From Candidatus Methanomethylicia archaeon (GTDB lineage Archaea; Thermoproteota; Methanomethylicia; CALHIW01): a stretch of DNA of 64,000 nucleotides. Positions 32,225 through 43,319 of this stretch are shown here, piece by piece; within the stretch, counting starts at the first letter, position 1, and each line of letters opens with the position of its first letter. The stretch covers positions 112,339 to 176,338 of the forward strand of contig JAWBQF010000001.1 of assembly GCA_038845975.1 (NCBI GenBank), in the 5' to 3' direction. Position numbers and translations under genes: made by a program. A model generated the notes under the pieces. That model did no database searches, had not been told where the DNA came from, and saw only the letters and a program-made list of their open reading frames with translations.

Positions 32225-32596
32225 ATGTTTGCAACAGTATATATTGATAGTTTAGAAAGAAGAATATATGTTAAAGGATATGGAGATAGATTTAAAGAGT
32301 TCTTTAAAGAGAATCTGGAGAATCTCGGCTTTACAGTTGAAAGCGAATCTGAAGAGGTAATCATTACGGTTTCACCGCAATTTAACAATATCAAAGAGGT
32401 TTTAGAAATAGCTAACAAAATTGATGAAGACATTAGGTCTGAATGGTGTAAAACAATGGGGGGACATAGCTTCCAGCTAGGTATAAGTATTGAAGTTGAT
32501 GAAAACAATGAAAAATTCATTAGAGCTATATGTTACAAGTGTGGATTAATAAGGAAAATCTATATAAATAGCGAGAAACTAAACACTACTCAATAA
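32225..32596 (+). CDS. hypothetical protein with putative Zn site
   Basis: 123 aa; C-x5-H and CxxC near the C-terminus. Confidence 0.6.
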   Translation: MFATVYIDSLERRIYVKGYGDRFKEFFKENLENLGFTVESESEEVIITVSPQFNNIKEVLEIANKIDEDIRSEWCKTMGGHSFQLGISIEVDENNEKFIRAICYKCGLIRKIYINSEKLNTTQ

Positions 32597-32913
32597 GTTA
32601 GTGAATATAAGAGTATAGTAGCTACATAGATAATAATTAACTATTAAACTACTCTTAAGCTTAAAACTCAAATTCTTTAAGTTGTTAGTCACTAAATTCA
32701 CTTCTAAACCCTCTAACATATAATTCTAATGCTCCATCGTCTTCTATTCACTGCAATATTTTATGAATTTGTCAGATTATAATCTCAGCTTGAATACCCT
32801 AAAAACTACATACTTGCCAAAATCATTCAAAGTACTATAGCGCTTAATCCTACTGGATATGTAACTAAACCATATCATACTCTAACTATTGCAATGGAGG
32901 TTTGAACATATAT

Positions 32914-33495
32914 TTATTTAGTTAATTTATCTATTAGCTTGGTTATGTTGTTTATATTGTAGTTTTCGTTTTGACTTCCAATTATGAATGTTTTTAGCTT
33001 GAGCTTTCTTCCTGCTTCAAGATCCCATACAGTATCTCCTACAAAGACTGTTTCTTCAGGCTTAGCTTTAAACCTATTAAGCACTATTCTTAACTGTTCT
33101 TCTCTAAATATACTATCATCTCTTGTAATAATAATGTCAAAATATTCTAGTACTCCAAGCTTTTCTAAAGCTTTAATAGCTGGTCTACGAGCTTGAAGAG
33201 TTACAAGAGCTACTTTAAACCCTAAATTCTTAATTTCCCCTAAGAATTCTATAAGTCTACCATCTCTTCTAGCTTTTAAAGCAGCTTTATACTCATATTC
33301 CTCAATAATTCTGTATGCCTCCCTAATAAGTCTAGGATCTCCTCTAGCTGCTTCAGGAATGCTTGTTGCAAGCGGTTTTAATGGATGATTTGTTCTTAAC
33401 ATTTGCCTAATAACCTCCCTTATCTGGTTCCAGTCAATATTTAAGTCTGTAAGGGTTCCATCAAGATCTGATATTAAATATTTTAGTTCACTCAT
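32914..33495 (-). CDS. HAD-family phosphatase
   Basis: DLDGTL, VT, FVGDTVWD. Confidence 0.9.
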   Translation of the reverse strand: MSELKYLISDLDGTLTDLNIDWNQIREVIRQMLRTNHPLKPLATSIPEAARGDPRLIREAYRIIEEYEYKAALKARRDGRLIEFLGEIKNLGFKVALVTLQARRPAIKALEKLGVLEYFDIIITRDDSIFREEQLRIVLNRFKAKPEETVFVGDTVWDLEAGRKLKLKTFIIGSQNENYNINNITKLIDKLTK

Positions 33496-33504
33496 CTCTC
33501 TCCC

Positions 33505-34683
33505 TCATACATCTTTAATGCTACTTATTTTCTTAAGTATCTGCTTATTATAGTATGCTATTTTACCATCCACTAACGTAAGCTTTATGTTTTCAGCTTC
33601 ACATCTATGTATGATGCTTAACATTATATTTCTGCTTTTAACCATGTTTGGATCATTTAACCCTATGAATACTATATTCGCTTTCTTTCCCTCTTCTATT
33701 GATCCATACTTATCACTAATCCTTAATGCTTTAGCCGCATTTACTGTTACCATTTTCAGTATTTCTTCAGCTTTTGGAAAGCTTGTATTTTTAAGCATTG
33801 CTCTATAATGCTTATATACATACTCCATTTCCCTAAACATATTCGGACTATTCCATGCAACATTATCGGTTCCTAAAGCAATGTTAATGTTCTCGTTAAG
33901 CATTAGGTTTAGTGGTGGGGTTCCAATACCGAAGGAGGCATTAGCTCTTGGACATATTACGATCGATATTTTTCTTTCCTTAGCTTCTAATATATTATTT
34001 CTTGAAGCGTAAATCATATGAACTAAAATATCCGGCTCTAAATGTTTAAGAGCAAGTTTAAACTCGTTTTCATCATTCATCTCCTCAAGTACGTGGGCAG
34101 CTATAATTTTGCCATGTTTTTTAGCTAATTCCCTAATGAATTTCAAATCATTAACTGAATAGTTAAATACACTACTAATTCCAAACCCATCACTACAGTT
34201 AATCAAGTCATTAACTTCATGAATTCCTCTACTAGGTCTTCCGAGAATAACTGGCTTAACTATACTATTCTTCATAGCTTTACGAAGTATTCTAACTCCT
34301 TCAACTCCTCCCTCCCTGAAATCACAGAATATCGTTGTTCCTGTAGAAGCTAGAAATAGTAATGTTTTACTTATAGCTTTTATAAGTTGTCTTCTAGATG
34401 TAGATTTAAGTAGCTTATGCTTTAATCCATTAGGATATGATACAAGCTCTCTTAGACTTAGTCCAAATCCAACATCTTTAAATGCTGAATCTCCAGTATG
34501 TATATGTGCATTAATTATTCCTGGAATAGCTATTGTTGATCTTAAATCTATAGTATTAGACTCTGAAACATATCCCCTCCCAATCTCCACTATGTATTCA
34601 TCTTCAACTGTAATATGTCCTCCACTAATTAAATCCAGATTTTCACCATAGGTGAAAAATCCAATGTTAAACGTAGTGTTCAT
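33505..34683 (-). CDS. amidohydrolase (cytosine/nucleoside deaminase-like)
   Basis: NAHIHTGD, DFREGG, AHVLE, VH, LGTDN. Confidence 0.88.
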   Translation of the reverse strand: MNTTFNIGFFTYGENLDLISGGHITVEDEYIVEIGRGYVSESNTIDLRSTIAIPGIINAHIHTGDSAFKDVGFGLSLRELVSYPNGLKHKLLKSTSRRQLIKAISKTLLFLASTGTTIFCDFREGGVEGVRILRKAMKNSIVKPVILGRPSRGIHEVNDLINCSDGFGISSVFNYSVNDLKFIRELAKKHGKIIAAHVLEEMNDENEFKLALKHLEPDILVHMIYASRNNILEAKERKISIVICPRANASFGIGTPPLNLMLNENINIALGTDNVAWNSPNMFREMEYVYKHYRAMLKNTSFPKAEEILKMVTVNAAKALRISDKYGSIEEGKKANIVFIGLNDPNMVKSRNIMLSIIHRCEAENIKLTLVDGKIAYYNKQILKKISSIKDV

Positions 34684-34707
34684 GAAGAATCCTCATTATG
34701 TTTAAGA

Positions 34708-35862
34708 CTAGCTACTTATTATTCTTATAATGTTATATAGAGTGTCTCTCTGTGCAGGTATTTTCCCAGCTTCTATTATTATTCTTACCATTTCGCTTGG
34801 AGTCATACATTGCCCTGATACTGCTCCTGCAGCTCTTGAAATATTTTCCTCAATTAATGTTCCACCAATATCGTTTACTCCTGCATTAAGAAGAAATTGA
34901 GCATATTTAGGACCAAGCTTAACCCATGAAGCCTGTATATTTCTAATATAGTTGTTCAGATATATTCTGGATATTGCATGTACTTTTAAATCCTCGATAC
35001 CTGTAGGTCCAGGCTTAGCTATTCCAGATTTGTAGATTTCAGTATTATAATGTATAAATCCTAACGGTATAAACTCAGTAAATCCACCTGTTTCTCTCTG
35101 TATTTCCCTTATTATTGAGAGATGGTTAACCTTATCCTCTACTGTTTCAACATGGCCATACATCATGGTTGATGTTGTAGGTATATTGAGTTTATGTGCT
35201 GTCTTAACTATATTTATCCATTCCTCTACAGATATTTTTCTTGGACATATTATATGCCTAATTCTATTACTCAGTATCTCAGCTGCTGTTCCAGGCATAC
35301 TGTTAAGACCTGCCTCCTTTAGGGCTTTAAGATATTCCTTAACAGGGAGATTTAATGTTTCTGCTCCATAAGCAATCTCCATCGGTGAGAAGGCATGTAT
35401 ATGTATTCCTGGAATCTCCCTTTTAATTGCTCTACATATCTCAATGTAGTATTCACCATTAATCTTAGGATTTATAGCTCCCTGAATACATACTTCTGTT
35501 GCTCCCATAGAATATGCTTCTCTAGCCTTCTTAACAATTTCACTTATAGGCATTATGTAAGCATTAGAGCTACCAACATCAACACTATATGCACAGAATC
35601 TACATCTTATAGTACATTCATTTGTGAAGTTTATGTTCCTATTAATAATGAATGTAACAATATCACCTATTTTTCTTCTTCTAAGCTCGTTAGCAACTAG
35701 GATTATTGCTAAAAGCTCATTATTATTGGTGTTAAATAGCTTAATAGCCTCATCACTGCTTATATCCCTACCTGATAAGGCCCTATCAAGAATTGAAGCA
35801 ATAATAGGATCTATATCTCTTAGAAGAGATTCAATACTCACACCATATGTTTTAATCACCAA
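34708..35862 (-). CDS. cofH: FO synthase subunit 2
   Basis: NRNINFTNECTIRCRFC, IHIHAFSPMEI, SMPGTAAEIL, NIQASWVKLG, GGTLIEENIS. Confidence 0.92.
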   Translation of the reverse strand: MVIKTYGVSIESLLRDIDPIIASILDRALSGRDISSDEAIKLFNTNNNELLAIILVANELRRRKIGDIVTFIINRNINFTNECTIRCRFCAYSVDVGSSNAYIMPISEIVKKAREAYSMGATEVCIQGAINPKINGEYYIEICRAIKREIPGIHIHAFSPMEIAYGAETLNLPVKEYLKALKEAGLNSMPGTAAEILSNRIRHIICPRKISVEEWINIVKTAHKLNIPTTSTMMYGHVETVEDKVNHLSIIREIQRETGGFTEFIPLGFIHYNTEIYKSGIAKPGPTGIEDLKVHAISRIYLNNYIRNIQASWVKLGPKYAQFLLNAGVNDIGGTLIEENISRAAGAVSGQCMTPSEMVRIIIEAGKIPAQRDTLYNIIRIISS

Positions 35863-36247
35863 TATTTAAATTATCATTATATATTGCTTAAGATTTTAAT
35901 TTTCTCCAAAGCTAAAGGATTCTAGCTCTATTAATTGTTCATGGTTCAGCAACTCATTACAGCCTCCTCATCCATTACAGTTCATACCTTCAATCGAAAG
36001 ATGTACCCTACCTGCTAGCTATTCAACCGAAGTTAATGTCTACAGAATCTCAAAAGTATAGATCTTGTCTCTGTATCAGAGCTGCATCTCTCCAGCTATA
36101 GACAGTAGAGTAGGAGCATATTTAAATCCATCAGTATTCCATAATTAAAGTCTAGGAATTCATTGTTGATTTCATGGTAATATGGGATATATAGGTTTAG
36201 ACTTGATGTAAAGAAGTGGGATTTATGATATATTGATTTTAGCTAAG

Positions 36248-37045
36248 CTATTTACCCTTAAATTCTGGCTTTCTTTTCTCTAGAAATGCTTTAACTCCTT
36301 CCTTTGAGTCTTCAGTTGCAAACATCGCTGCAAAGGCATCTACATCCCTCATTATTACATCATCTATATCTGAGGCAAAGCTACGATTTATGGTTTCTTT
36401 CGCAATCTGTAAGGCTATTGGACTTTTATCTTTAAGCTTGTTAGCTATCTTCATTACTTCCTCCTCAAGTTTTTCCAGTGGAACAACCTTATTAATTAAA
36501 CCTATTTTTTCAGCTTCAATTGCAGATATTAAATCTCCAGTAAATGCTAGCTCTTTAGCTTTATGTATGCCTACAAGTCTTGCAAGACGAGACATCCCAC
36601 CCCAACCCGGTAAAACACCTACATTGATTTCAGGCTGGCCGAAAACAGCCTTATCACTTGCAACTATGATATCACATGCCATTGCAAGTTCACACCCACC
36701 ACCTAGAGCAAGACCATTAACCATGGCGATTACAGGCTTCCTAATAGATTCTATACGTTTGATAACCATTTCGAAGCCTTTCCTCGCAAATTCTCTGGCT
36801 TCTACTACGCTTTTTAACTCCATAAAGCTGGATATATCTGCTCCAGCACTAAAAGCTCTATCACCAGCACCTGTTATAACTATAACTCTAACATCCTTAT
36901 CTTTATCAGCATCATCTAAGGCATGGCTAAGATCTGTAATAAGCTCAGTATTAATTGCATTTAGAACTCTAGGCCTATTTAGAGTAATCTTCATAACCCC
37001 CTCTTTCTTTTCAATAATAATTGTCTTATAACTATTCATTTTCAC
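36248..37045 (-). CDS. enoyl-CoA hydratase/crotonase
   Basis: AFSAGADI, GGGCELAMACD, GQPEINVG. Confidence 0.93.
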   Translation of the reverse strand: MKMNSYKTIIIEKKEGVMKITLNRPRVLNAINTELITDLSHALDDADKDKDVRVIVITGAGDRAFSAGADISSFMELKSVVEAREFARKGFEMVIKRIESIRKPVIAMVNGLALGGGCELAMACDIIVASDKAVFGQPEINVGVLPGWGGMSRLARLVGIHKAKELAFTGDLISAIEAEKIGLINKVVPLEKLEEEVMKIANKLKDKSPIALQIAKETINRSFASDIDDVIMRDVDAFAAMFATEDSKEGVKAFLEKRKPEFKGK

Positions 37046-37480
37046 ACCGATTCTATAATATTTAATCTAGCTTATATTTCTATGCTTTAAGTTGATTATT
37101 TAATGGTTACTATGATAATGTAATGGATTACACTCAACATCATATGTAGAAATTAACCATTATTAGGTCTTACTGCTTCTTCAAGTTTATAGATGGCTCA
37201 GCATCACTTTTCAATTTTCACACTATAGTATTTTATGCGATCTTGGTTTTAATATACTTTAACAAATATGTATGTACTTGCCAAGTTTTTAGTAGCGTAA
37301 GCTACATAGTAATAAGAGGATAAGATGATTAAACGTAGCTGAAAGAGGCTATTATAAGAATTATCAAGAATCAGAAGAATAATATAGATAGGATTCCTTA
37401 AATATGAGGGGCTAGTTCAATATTCTGGGTATTCATACATTAAGGATTTTCAAGCAAATTCTTCAGTATCACTTCAAAAT

Positions 37481-38737
37481 TTAGCTAGCTTCATAATGGA
37501 TATTAACATAGCCTCTTTCATCTATGAGAGATCTAATTTTCTCCTTAAAGTTTTCCTGTAAGAATTCCTCTTTGAAAACGTATTTTGGATATATTGGAAG
37601 TCTTTCCCTAAATTGGAGATTAAGGTTTTCAGTTATTTCTTTTAGGGTTTTTATGTTTGGCCATGTTTTCTCCGGGTTAATAAAGTCTCTTGTTACTGGT
37701 GATATCCCACCCCAATCATTAATTCCAGACTTTAAAAGCCGTATACATTCATCAATACTTACAAGGTTTGGCGGTGATTGTATTGCTACATCCATAGGCA
37801 TTATTAATCTCGCAATAGCTACCGTATACGTTATGTCTTCTATATCTGGTTCTTGACTGTTCTCCATAGGTGTATTTGGTTTTCTCCTAAACCCCTGAAT
37901 TATAACTTCCTGTATATGGTTGTATTTCTCATGAAGCTCCCTTATAGCATATAGGGAATCTATTCTCTCTCTAATTGTTTCGCCAATACCTATTAGAATC
38001 CCTGTCGTGAATGGTATTTTAAGCTGTCCAGCCATTTCAATAACTTTTAATCTAAGTTTAGGGTTTTTACCTGGACTATATTCATGCGGTCCATTTCTTA
38101 AACATAGTCTCTCACTAATGTTTTCAAGCATTAATCCCATACTTACATTAACTTCCCTTAACATTTTCAATTCACTCCATTCAAGTAGTCCTGCATTTGT
38201 ATGTGGTAGTAGTCCTGTTTCCTTGAAGACAAGCTCACACATATCTCTTAGATAGCTACTTATTTTCTCATATCCTTTAGCTTTAAGAAAATATCTTACA
38301 TACTCATACTTTTCCTCAGGCTTTTCACCTAGACTAAATAATGCTTCCTTACATCCTGTTTTAACCCCTCTCCTAGATACTTCTAGGACTTCGTTCGGCT
38401 CCATTATGAAGCCTCCGCTATTAGGCTCCCTCCTAAAGCCACAGTATCCACACTTATTACGACACATATTGGATAATGGTATAAACACCTTACGTGAATA
38501 GCTTACAACTCTACTACTAGCTACATCCCGTATAAATGATGAAACTACTATTAATGCTTTCCTCTCATTCTCGCTTAAGCCGGTAAGCATATATGCTTCC
38601 TTCTTCTCTAGTTTTCCCTCTTCAACAGCTTTAATAAGTATATCTTTAACCTCGCCACCATACCTTAATATAAATTCTCTAATTCTACCTATCTTCAAAT
38701 ATGAGGACCCCCTCATTATTCTTCCTTCTAAGCTCAT
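37481..38737 (-). CDS. cofG: FO synthase subunit 1 (true start possibly TTG 38698)
   Basis: VSYSRKVFIPLSNMCRNKCGYC, KEALFSLGEKP, LPHTNAG, DWGGISPVT. Confidence 0.93.
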   Translation of the reverse strand: MSLEGRIMRGSSYLKIGRIREFILRYGGEVKDILIKAVEEGKLEKKEAYMLTGLSENERKALIVVSSFIRDVASSRVVSYSRKVFIPLSNMCRNKCGYCGFRREPNSGGFIMEPNEVLEVSRRGVKTGCKEALFSLGEKPEEKYEYVRYFLKAKGYEKISSYLRDMCELVFKETGLLPHTNAGLLEWSELKMLREVNVSMGLMLENISERLCLRNGPHEYSPGKNPKLRLKVIEMAGQLKIPFTTGILIGIGETIRERIDSLYAIRELHEKYNHIQEVIIQGFRRKPNTPMENSQEPDIEDITYTVAIARLIMPMDVAIQSPPNLVSIDECIRLLKSGINDWGGISPVTRDFINPEKTWPNIKTLKEITENLNLQFRERLPIYPKYVFKEEFLQENFKEKIRSLIDERGYVNIHYEAS

Positions 38738-39395
38738 CTAGAGCTTGACTTGCAAGAGCTACTGCTCTTCTAGAACTTTCCGCAATACCTATACCTATTC
38801 TTAGCTTAAAGCTGTTAATTACTGATATTTTTTTAATATCGTTCGGACTTGATATGAAGGCTATAATATTGTCTCCACCTTGATAGAATGTTAATCCACC
38901 AAGCTTCTCAATTATACATGCAACCTTACTGTAGAACTTTAGGATTTTAAGATATGAATCATAAGCTGATGTTTCATAAACATCTCTAGATGAATTTACA
39001 ATATCTATATGAGCTACAACAAAACTCCCATATCCATTATTCATTCCAATAATACTCCACGGCTTAGCATTAAAAGCATTTCTTGAAGCATGTCTTTGAG
39101 CTTTAAGAGGAGAATTATCATGAGCTAAACCAATAGATACTGGTACAGGAGATATTTTAGTTAAAACTTTTAAGAGTTCTTTATAGTCTTCAATATCCAG
39201 TTTTCCAATACCAACCATTAAATCATATCTTAATGGATGTGCAAATCCACCTTTAAAACTGAAGAAGTTAGAAACCGCTCTATGAAGTCTTGCCTGAACA
39301 TCCTGAATTAAATATTCCCTATCTGAACCTATATTCTCAGTCCATTCCCTATATCCAATAAGCCTAATAACAGAAACACATACCATTAAGATCAC
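38685..39395 (-). CDS. gch3: GTP cyclohydrolase III (ArfA)
   Basis: GYREWTE..GSDRE..IQ..Q, RYD, AHID, FYQGGDN, RIGIG. Confidence 0.88.
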   Translation of the reverse strand: MILMVCVSVIRLIGYREWTENIGSDREYLIQDVQARLHRAVSNFFSFKGGFAHPLRYDLMVGIGKLDIEDYKELLKVLTKISPVPVSIGLAHDNSPLKAQRHASRNAFNAKPWSIIGMNNGYGSFVVAHIDIVNSSRDVYETSAYDSYLKILKFYSKVACIIEKLGGLTFYQGGDNIIAFISSPNDIKKISVINSFKLRIGIGIAESSRRAVALASQALDELRRKNNEGVLIFEDR

Positions 39396-39427
39396 TTCAG
39401 TATTATTGGCAGAAATATAAATCTAAC

Positions 39428-40438
39428 CTATCTATATCTTTCAGAATATTTAACTATAGCTTTAATTCTCTCCTCAGCAGTATTTAGATTTATGTTTGGA
39501 TATGGTCTATGAGTTGTTGTAAGAATTAATCTTCTAAATCCAAGAGTTTTAATAGTATAATCTATAATAGTCTTCAAATCCACTACTGGAATTCTACTAT
39601 TGTATAATAGCTCTACAGGTATTCCAGTTAGAAATACTAGTCTTGATCTTCTCCTTAAATCCTTAATTTTATCAATCCATGTTAGGGCATTACTTAGACA
39701 TGTCTTCGGCACTATATCTAGAGGATGAATGCCGTTGAAAAAACTTAATTTATCAATGAAGTATCCAATATCTCCATCTGAATGTAGAACTACATATTTA
39801 CCTCTACTTCTAACAGCATTAGCTATTTCTCTCTGTCTCTCCAACACGATGTTTATAAACTCCGGTCTATATATTGCTCCTTTATAGCTGCAGAAATCAT
39901 CAGCAATCCTAACAGAATCTACATACTCACTTTCAGCAGCTACTTTAGCAGATTCTAAAACTATTCTATGAAATTCTTCATGAATTCTAGATGCTAACTT
40001 TAAGTTTAAAACTGTAAGTACTGCAAAGTCAAATCTATGGTATAACATATCCTTAACCAGGCTATTAACACCTGGAGCGCAACTATATTCTGAAAGCTCA
40101 GTAGGACCTATAAGTGTTACCTGGGTGAACTTTTCAATATTTAGAGTTTCAGCTACCCTCTTAATCTTATCCTCAATCTCATAGGCTATGTTGCTTAGAC
40201 TTGGCCACATATAGCTGCTCAAATCTATTTTCTCAATCCAATTATTGAAATTCATCCTCCCCCTTCTAAAAGGTCCTCCACTAGTTAGGAAATTTTCAAA
40301 AGAGGAGATTCTACATCTTATTGAAACAATATCTCCATATTTAGCCTCTATATTATGATTGTTAAACATAATGTATAAAGGTAGTTTCTCATTAACTCCC
40401 TCAAAAGCTTCATATACAAGTATTTTTGAACCTACCAT
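39428..40438 (-). CDS. uroporphyrinogen decarboxylase / MtaA-like TIM-barrel protein
   Basis: ADDF..KG..Y.PE, LHSDGDI, GIHPLD. Confidence 0.6.
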   Translation of the reverse strand: MVGSKILVYEAFEGVNEKLPLYIMFNNHNIEAKYGDIVSIRCRISSFENFLTSGGPFRRGRMNFNNWIEKIDLSSYMWPSLSNIAYEIEDKIKRVAETLNIEKFTQVTLIGPTELSEYSCAPGVNSLVKDMLYHRFDFAVLTVLNLKLASRIHEEFHRIVLESAKVAAESEYVDSVRIADDFCSYKGAIYRPEFINIVLERQREIANAVRSRGKYVVLHSDGDIGYFIDKLSFFNGIHPLDIVPKTCLSNALTWIDKIKDLRRRSRLVFLTGIPVELLYNSRIPVVDLKTIIDYTIKTLGFRRLILTTTHRPYPNINLNTAEERIKAIVKYSERYR

Positions 40439-40598
40439 AAGGATACTTATTCCAGTATGTTATGAATTCTAAACGGAAATTTAAGCTTTTCCAGTACTTA
40501 CTAAACTTTTAGCTTAAACCATCAACTACATATACCTTCACATTTAAGTCTATAGAGCTATTAAGGACGAAAATGCTTAATAGGTTTAACTACTATAT

Positions 40599-41363
40599 AT
40601 GTTGAGCTTTATGTCTGTTAAAATTGGTACTTGCGGCTGGTCTGTTAAGGGCGGTCGTAAAGCTTATTTTGAGGTTTTTAAAGTTATTGAACTTCAAGAA
40701 ACATTCTATAAGCTTCCATTAGCTGAAACTGCAAGAAGATGGCGTGAAGATGCTCCTCAAGATTTTGAGTTTACTGTTAAGGCATGGCAGGCTATAACTC
40801 ATCCCTCTTCAAGTCCAACATGGCGTAAAGCAGGACTTAAAGTAGACTCTGAAAAAGCTGAAAACTATGGACATTTAAAACCAACAAGTGAAAATATTGA
40901 GGCTTGGAGTAAAATACTTGAAATATGTAGAGCTTTAAATGCTAGGATATGTATTATACAGACCCCGCCAAGCTTTGGATTCTCAGAGGAGAATGTTGAA
41001 AACATGCTTAAATTCTTCAGTAGAATAGATAGAGGTGATCTTGTAATTGGATGGGAGCCTCGTGGTACATGGAATGAAAAGATAAATATTGTAGGTGAAA
41101 TATGTAGAAGACTAGATTTAATCCATGTAGTAGACCCTTTTAGAAGAATGCCTACCAATTACGGTAAGATATGTTACTTTAGACTTCACGGAATAGGTAG
41201 TGGTGAAGTAAATTATAGATATAAGTATAGATTAGAGGATCTTATTTCTCTTAAGAAGATAGTTGAGAGAATTGCTTCTAGTGGAGTTAATGTATATGTA
41301 ATGTTTAACAATGTATATATGGCGTCTGATGCTAGAGAATTTATGAAGCTAATAGAAATCTAA
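40599..41363 (+). CDS. DUF72 family protein
   Basis: IGTCGW, IELQETFY, FTVKA, QTPPSF, WEPRG, YFRLHG, FNN. Confidence 0.9.
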   Translation: MLSFMSVKIGTCGWSVKGGRKAYFEVFKVIELQETFYKLPLAETARRWREDAPQDFEFTVKAWQAITHPSSSPTWRKAGLKVDSEKAENYGHLKPTSENIEAWSKILEICRALNARICIIQTPPSFGFSEENVENMLKFFSRIDRGDLVIGWEPRGTWNEKINIVGEICRRLDLIHVVDPFRRMPTNYGKICYFRLHGIGSGEVNYRYKYRLEDLISLKKIVERIASSGVNVYVMFNNVYMASDAREFMKLIEI

Positions 41364-42589
41364 CCTAGAAAGCTTAATATTTTTCTCTGGAACTTGAACA
41401 TTTTAGGTATTTTAGCCTCTTTATACCATTCCCTAAACTGTACCTTAAGGTTTAAAGATATATGTTTTAAAGCTTCATCAACATCCTTGAACTTTAATGG
41501 TTTATTTTCAAATGCTTTCCTCATACCCTCTCTAACATTCCATACTCCTAATGGAGCATAATACCCCTCCCTAACCTCTCTCAATGCTAGTACTGCTGCT
41601 TGTCTTCTTATCTTATACATATGTTCTATAACTGTAAATCTCATAGTCTTATATCCTCCATTAATACTTTCCCTACGCCATTTACCATCATACAACTCAA
41701 AGTTCTCAATTATGTATGGTTTTCCATCTTTAACCCATACCGTTCTTGGAAGCCATATTTCAATCATCTCAAACGCATAGCTATCTGGAAGCATTAGAAT
41801 ATGGTAATGATTATCCAGATAACTGTTTGAATACAGTAATATTTCATCTATTTCTTTGAACTCCCTAATTTTTTCAAGTAAATAATCTCCAAGCATTGAA
41901 TCTATAGCTGTTATACCCCACCTTGTAGGTACAAGTCTTCTCTCTCTAGATTGCCCAAGCAGCCCTACAGTAAGAAGCCTTACAATATAGTATGGTGTGA
42001 AGCCCCACATGTAAAGCTCGCCTACAGCATTATATGTCTTAACATCACTATCACCTATGATTTGATAGATTTTTCTAGGAATATTTGGATTATCCATTAC
42101 TCTTAAGCTTTCCAGCATGCCCGTAGGACCTATAGGTGCAGTAACACCATTAAATGTAAGTCTAGGTTTTATAGGCTTAGTAAACTTAGCTTCAGATCCA
42201 ACAGGTCTAATTGATAATGCTATATCCTGAATTGTTTCAACATTCCTGCTTAAAACATCCTTAATATTTAATACTATGTTTGAACGTATAAGTCTAGATC
42301 TAAGCTCTATTATTTCCTCAATGCTTTTACCATACCAGCTTTGAGGATCATCATGTAGCTTAGCATACTCAACATCAACTGTTGGCGGAATCATAGGTCC
42401 AGCCTTAACTCTAGGATATCCAAACTCTCCAATAAATACTGATGGAGAAGCTCCAAAAACCTCACTACCTTTCAGCTCTAATTCTACATGTACTCTAAAC
42501 CTTTCAAGAATGGGGCATTTCACCCTACCACAAAGTCTATGAACACCTTTACATCTCACACAGACATTACTGCTTAATCTAGATGGCAT
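41360..42589 (-). CDS. nreA: Nre family DNA repair protein
   Basis: CxxCKG..LCG..CP, RRLVPTRWGITAID, PLGVWNVRE, C-terminal PIP-like QRKILSFL. Confidence 0.9.
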   Translation of the reverse strand: MPSRLSSNVCVRCKGVHRLCGRVKCPILERFRVHVELELKGSEVFGASPSVFIGEFGYPRVKAGPMIPPTVDVEYAKLHDDPQSWYGKSIEEIIELRSRLIRSNIVLNIKDVLSRNVETIQDIALSIRPVGSEAKFTKPIKPRLTFNGVTAPIGPTGMLESLRVMDNPNIPRKIYQIIGDSDVKTYNAVGELYMWGFTPYYIVRLLTVGLLGQSRERRLVPTRWGITAIDSMLGDYLLEKIREFKEIDEILLYSNSYLDNHYHILMLPDSYAFEMIEIWLPRTVWVKDGKPYIIENFELYDGKWRRESINGGYKTMRFTVIEHMYKIRRQAAVLALREVREGYYAPLGVWNVREGMRKAFENKPLKFKDVDEALKHISLNLKVQFREWYKEAKIPKMFKFQRKILSFLG

Positions 42590-42635
42590 AGAATAATATT
42601 TGGAGCCATAATATATATTTATTCGATTCTTTACT

Positions 42636-43318
42636 GGCTTTGTTAGCTTTAGCTTTATTTGTGGTTCTCTCCCATTTTATTTATGGTGAATCTATGTCTA
42701 AGGTTATTAGGTTGTAGAGGGAACCCTGTTTACTTTAGTTGTTATGGTGCTTATATATTCATTCATCTAGGATAGCTTCGGATATTCTAAGTTTTATTGT
42801 TACTAGGATATGCATCTATATTATGGTTTAGGTCTTTAAGCTGTTTGAGTTTAATAAGAGGGATGTTAGAATTGTTTACATTGCGATACTATTATAAATG
42901 TTGGATCTGTAAGGGAGATTATTTATGTTGCATTCGAGCCATTATTGAGGAGAATTCTCTAATGTGATTTAATGTTTCAACTTTACATAATCATTCCCTA
43001 GAGGATTAAAGCTGTTTAGACTCTAATATAATTATATTGAGTGATGGAGCACATTACTATAAAGAATCATGTAGAATATTGAATTTAATGAAGTACAGTT
43101 TAAAGTTAGAATTAATAGAATAGAAACATACAGTTAAGGATAGAACTAAGCTATTCGATAATTACATATCATACATGAGGATAAATGTGATAATGGACAT
43201 GTATTAATGTTTTATGAAATTAATAATATACCTAAAAACATAGATTAATAAGAAGATAAAGCTAAGAATTCTAGAAACACAAACATAGAAGTAATAATAT
43301 GCTTAAGTTAACAAAGCC
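42636..43318 (+). mobile_element. decayed IS6-type element, family A copy 2
   Basis: GGCTTTGTTAGCTT ... AAGTTAACAAAGCC; colinear with copies 1 and 3. Confidence 0.85.
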
Positions 43319-43319
43319 C

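Noticed and set aside
35870-36240. Long spacers around the crotonase (also 37050-37480, 18080-18530, 21970-22360, 48440-48980)
   Set aside because: Probably decayed DNA, but no assignable ORF, repeat or structure by eye.
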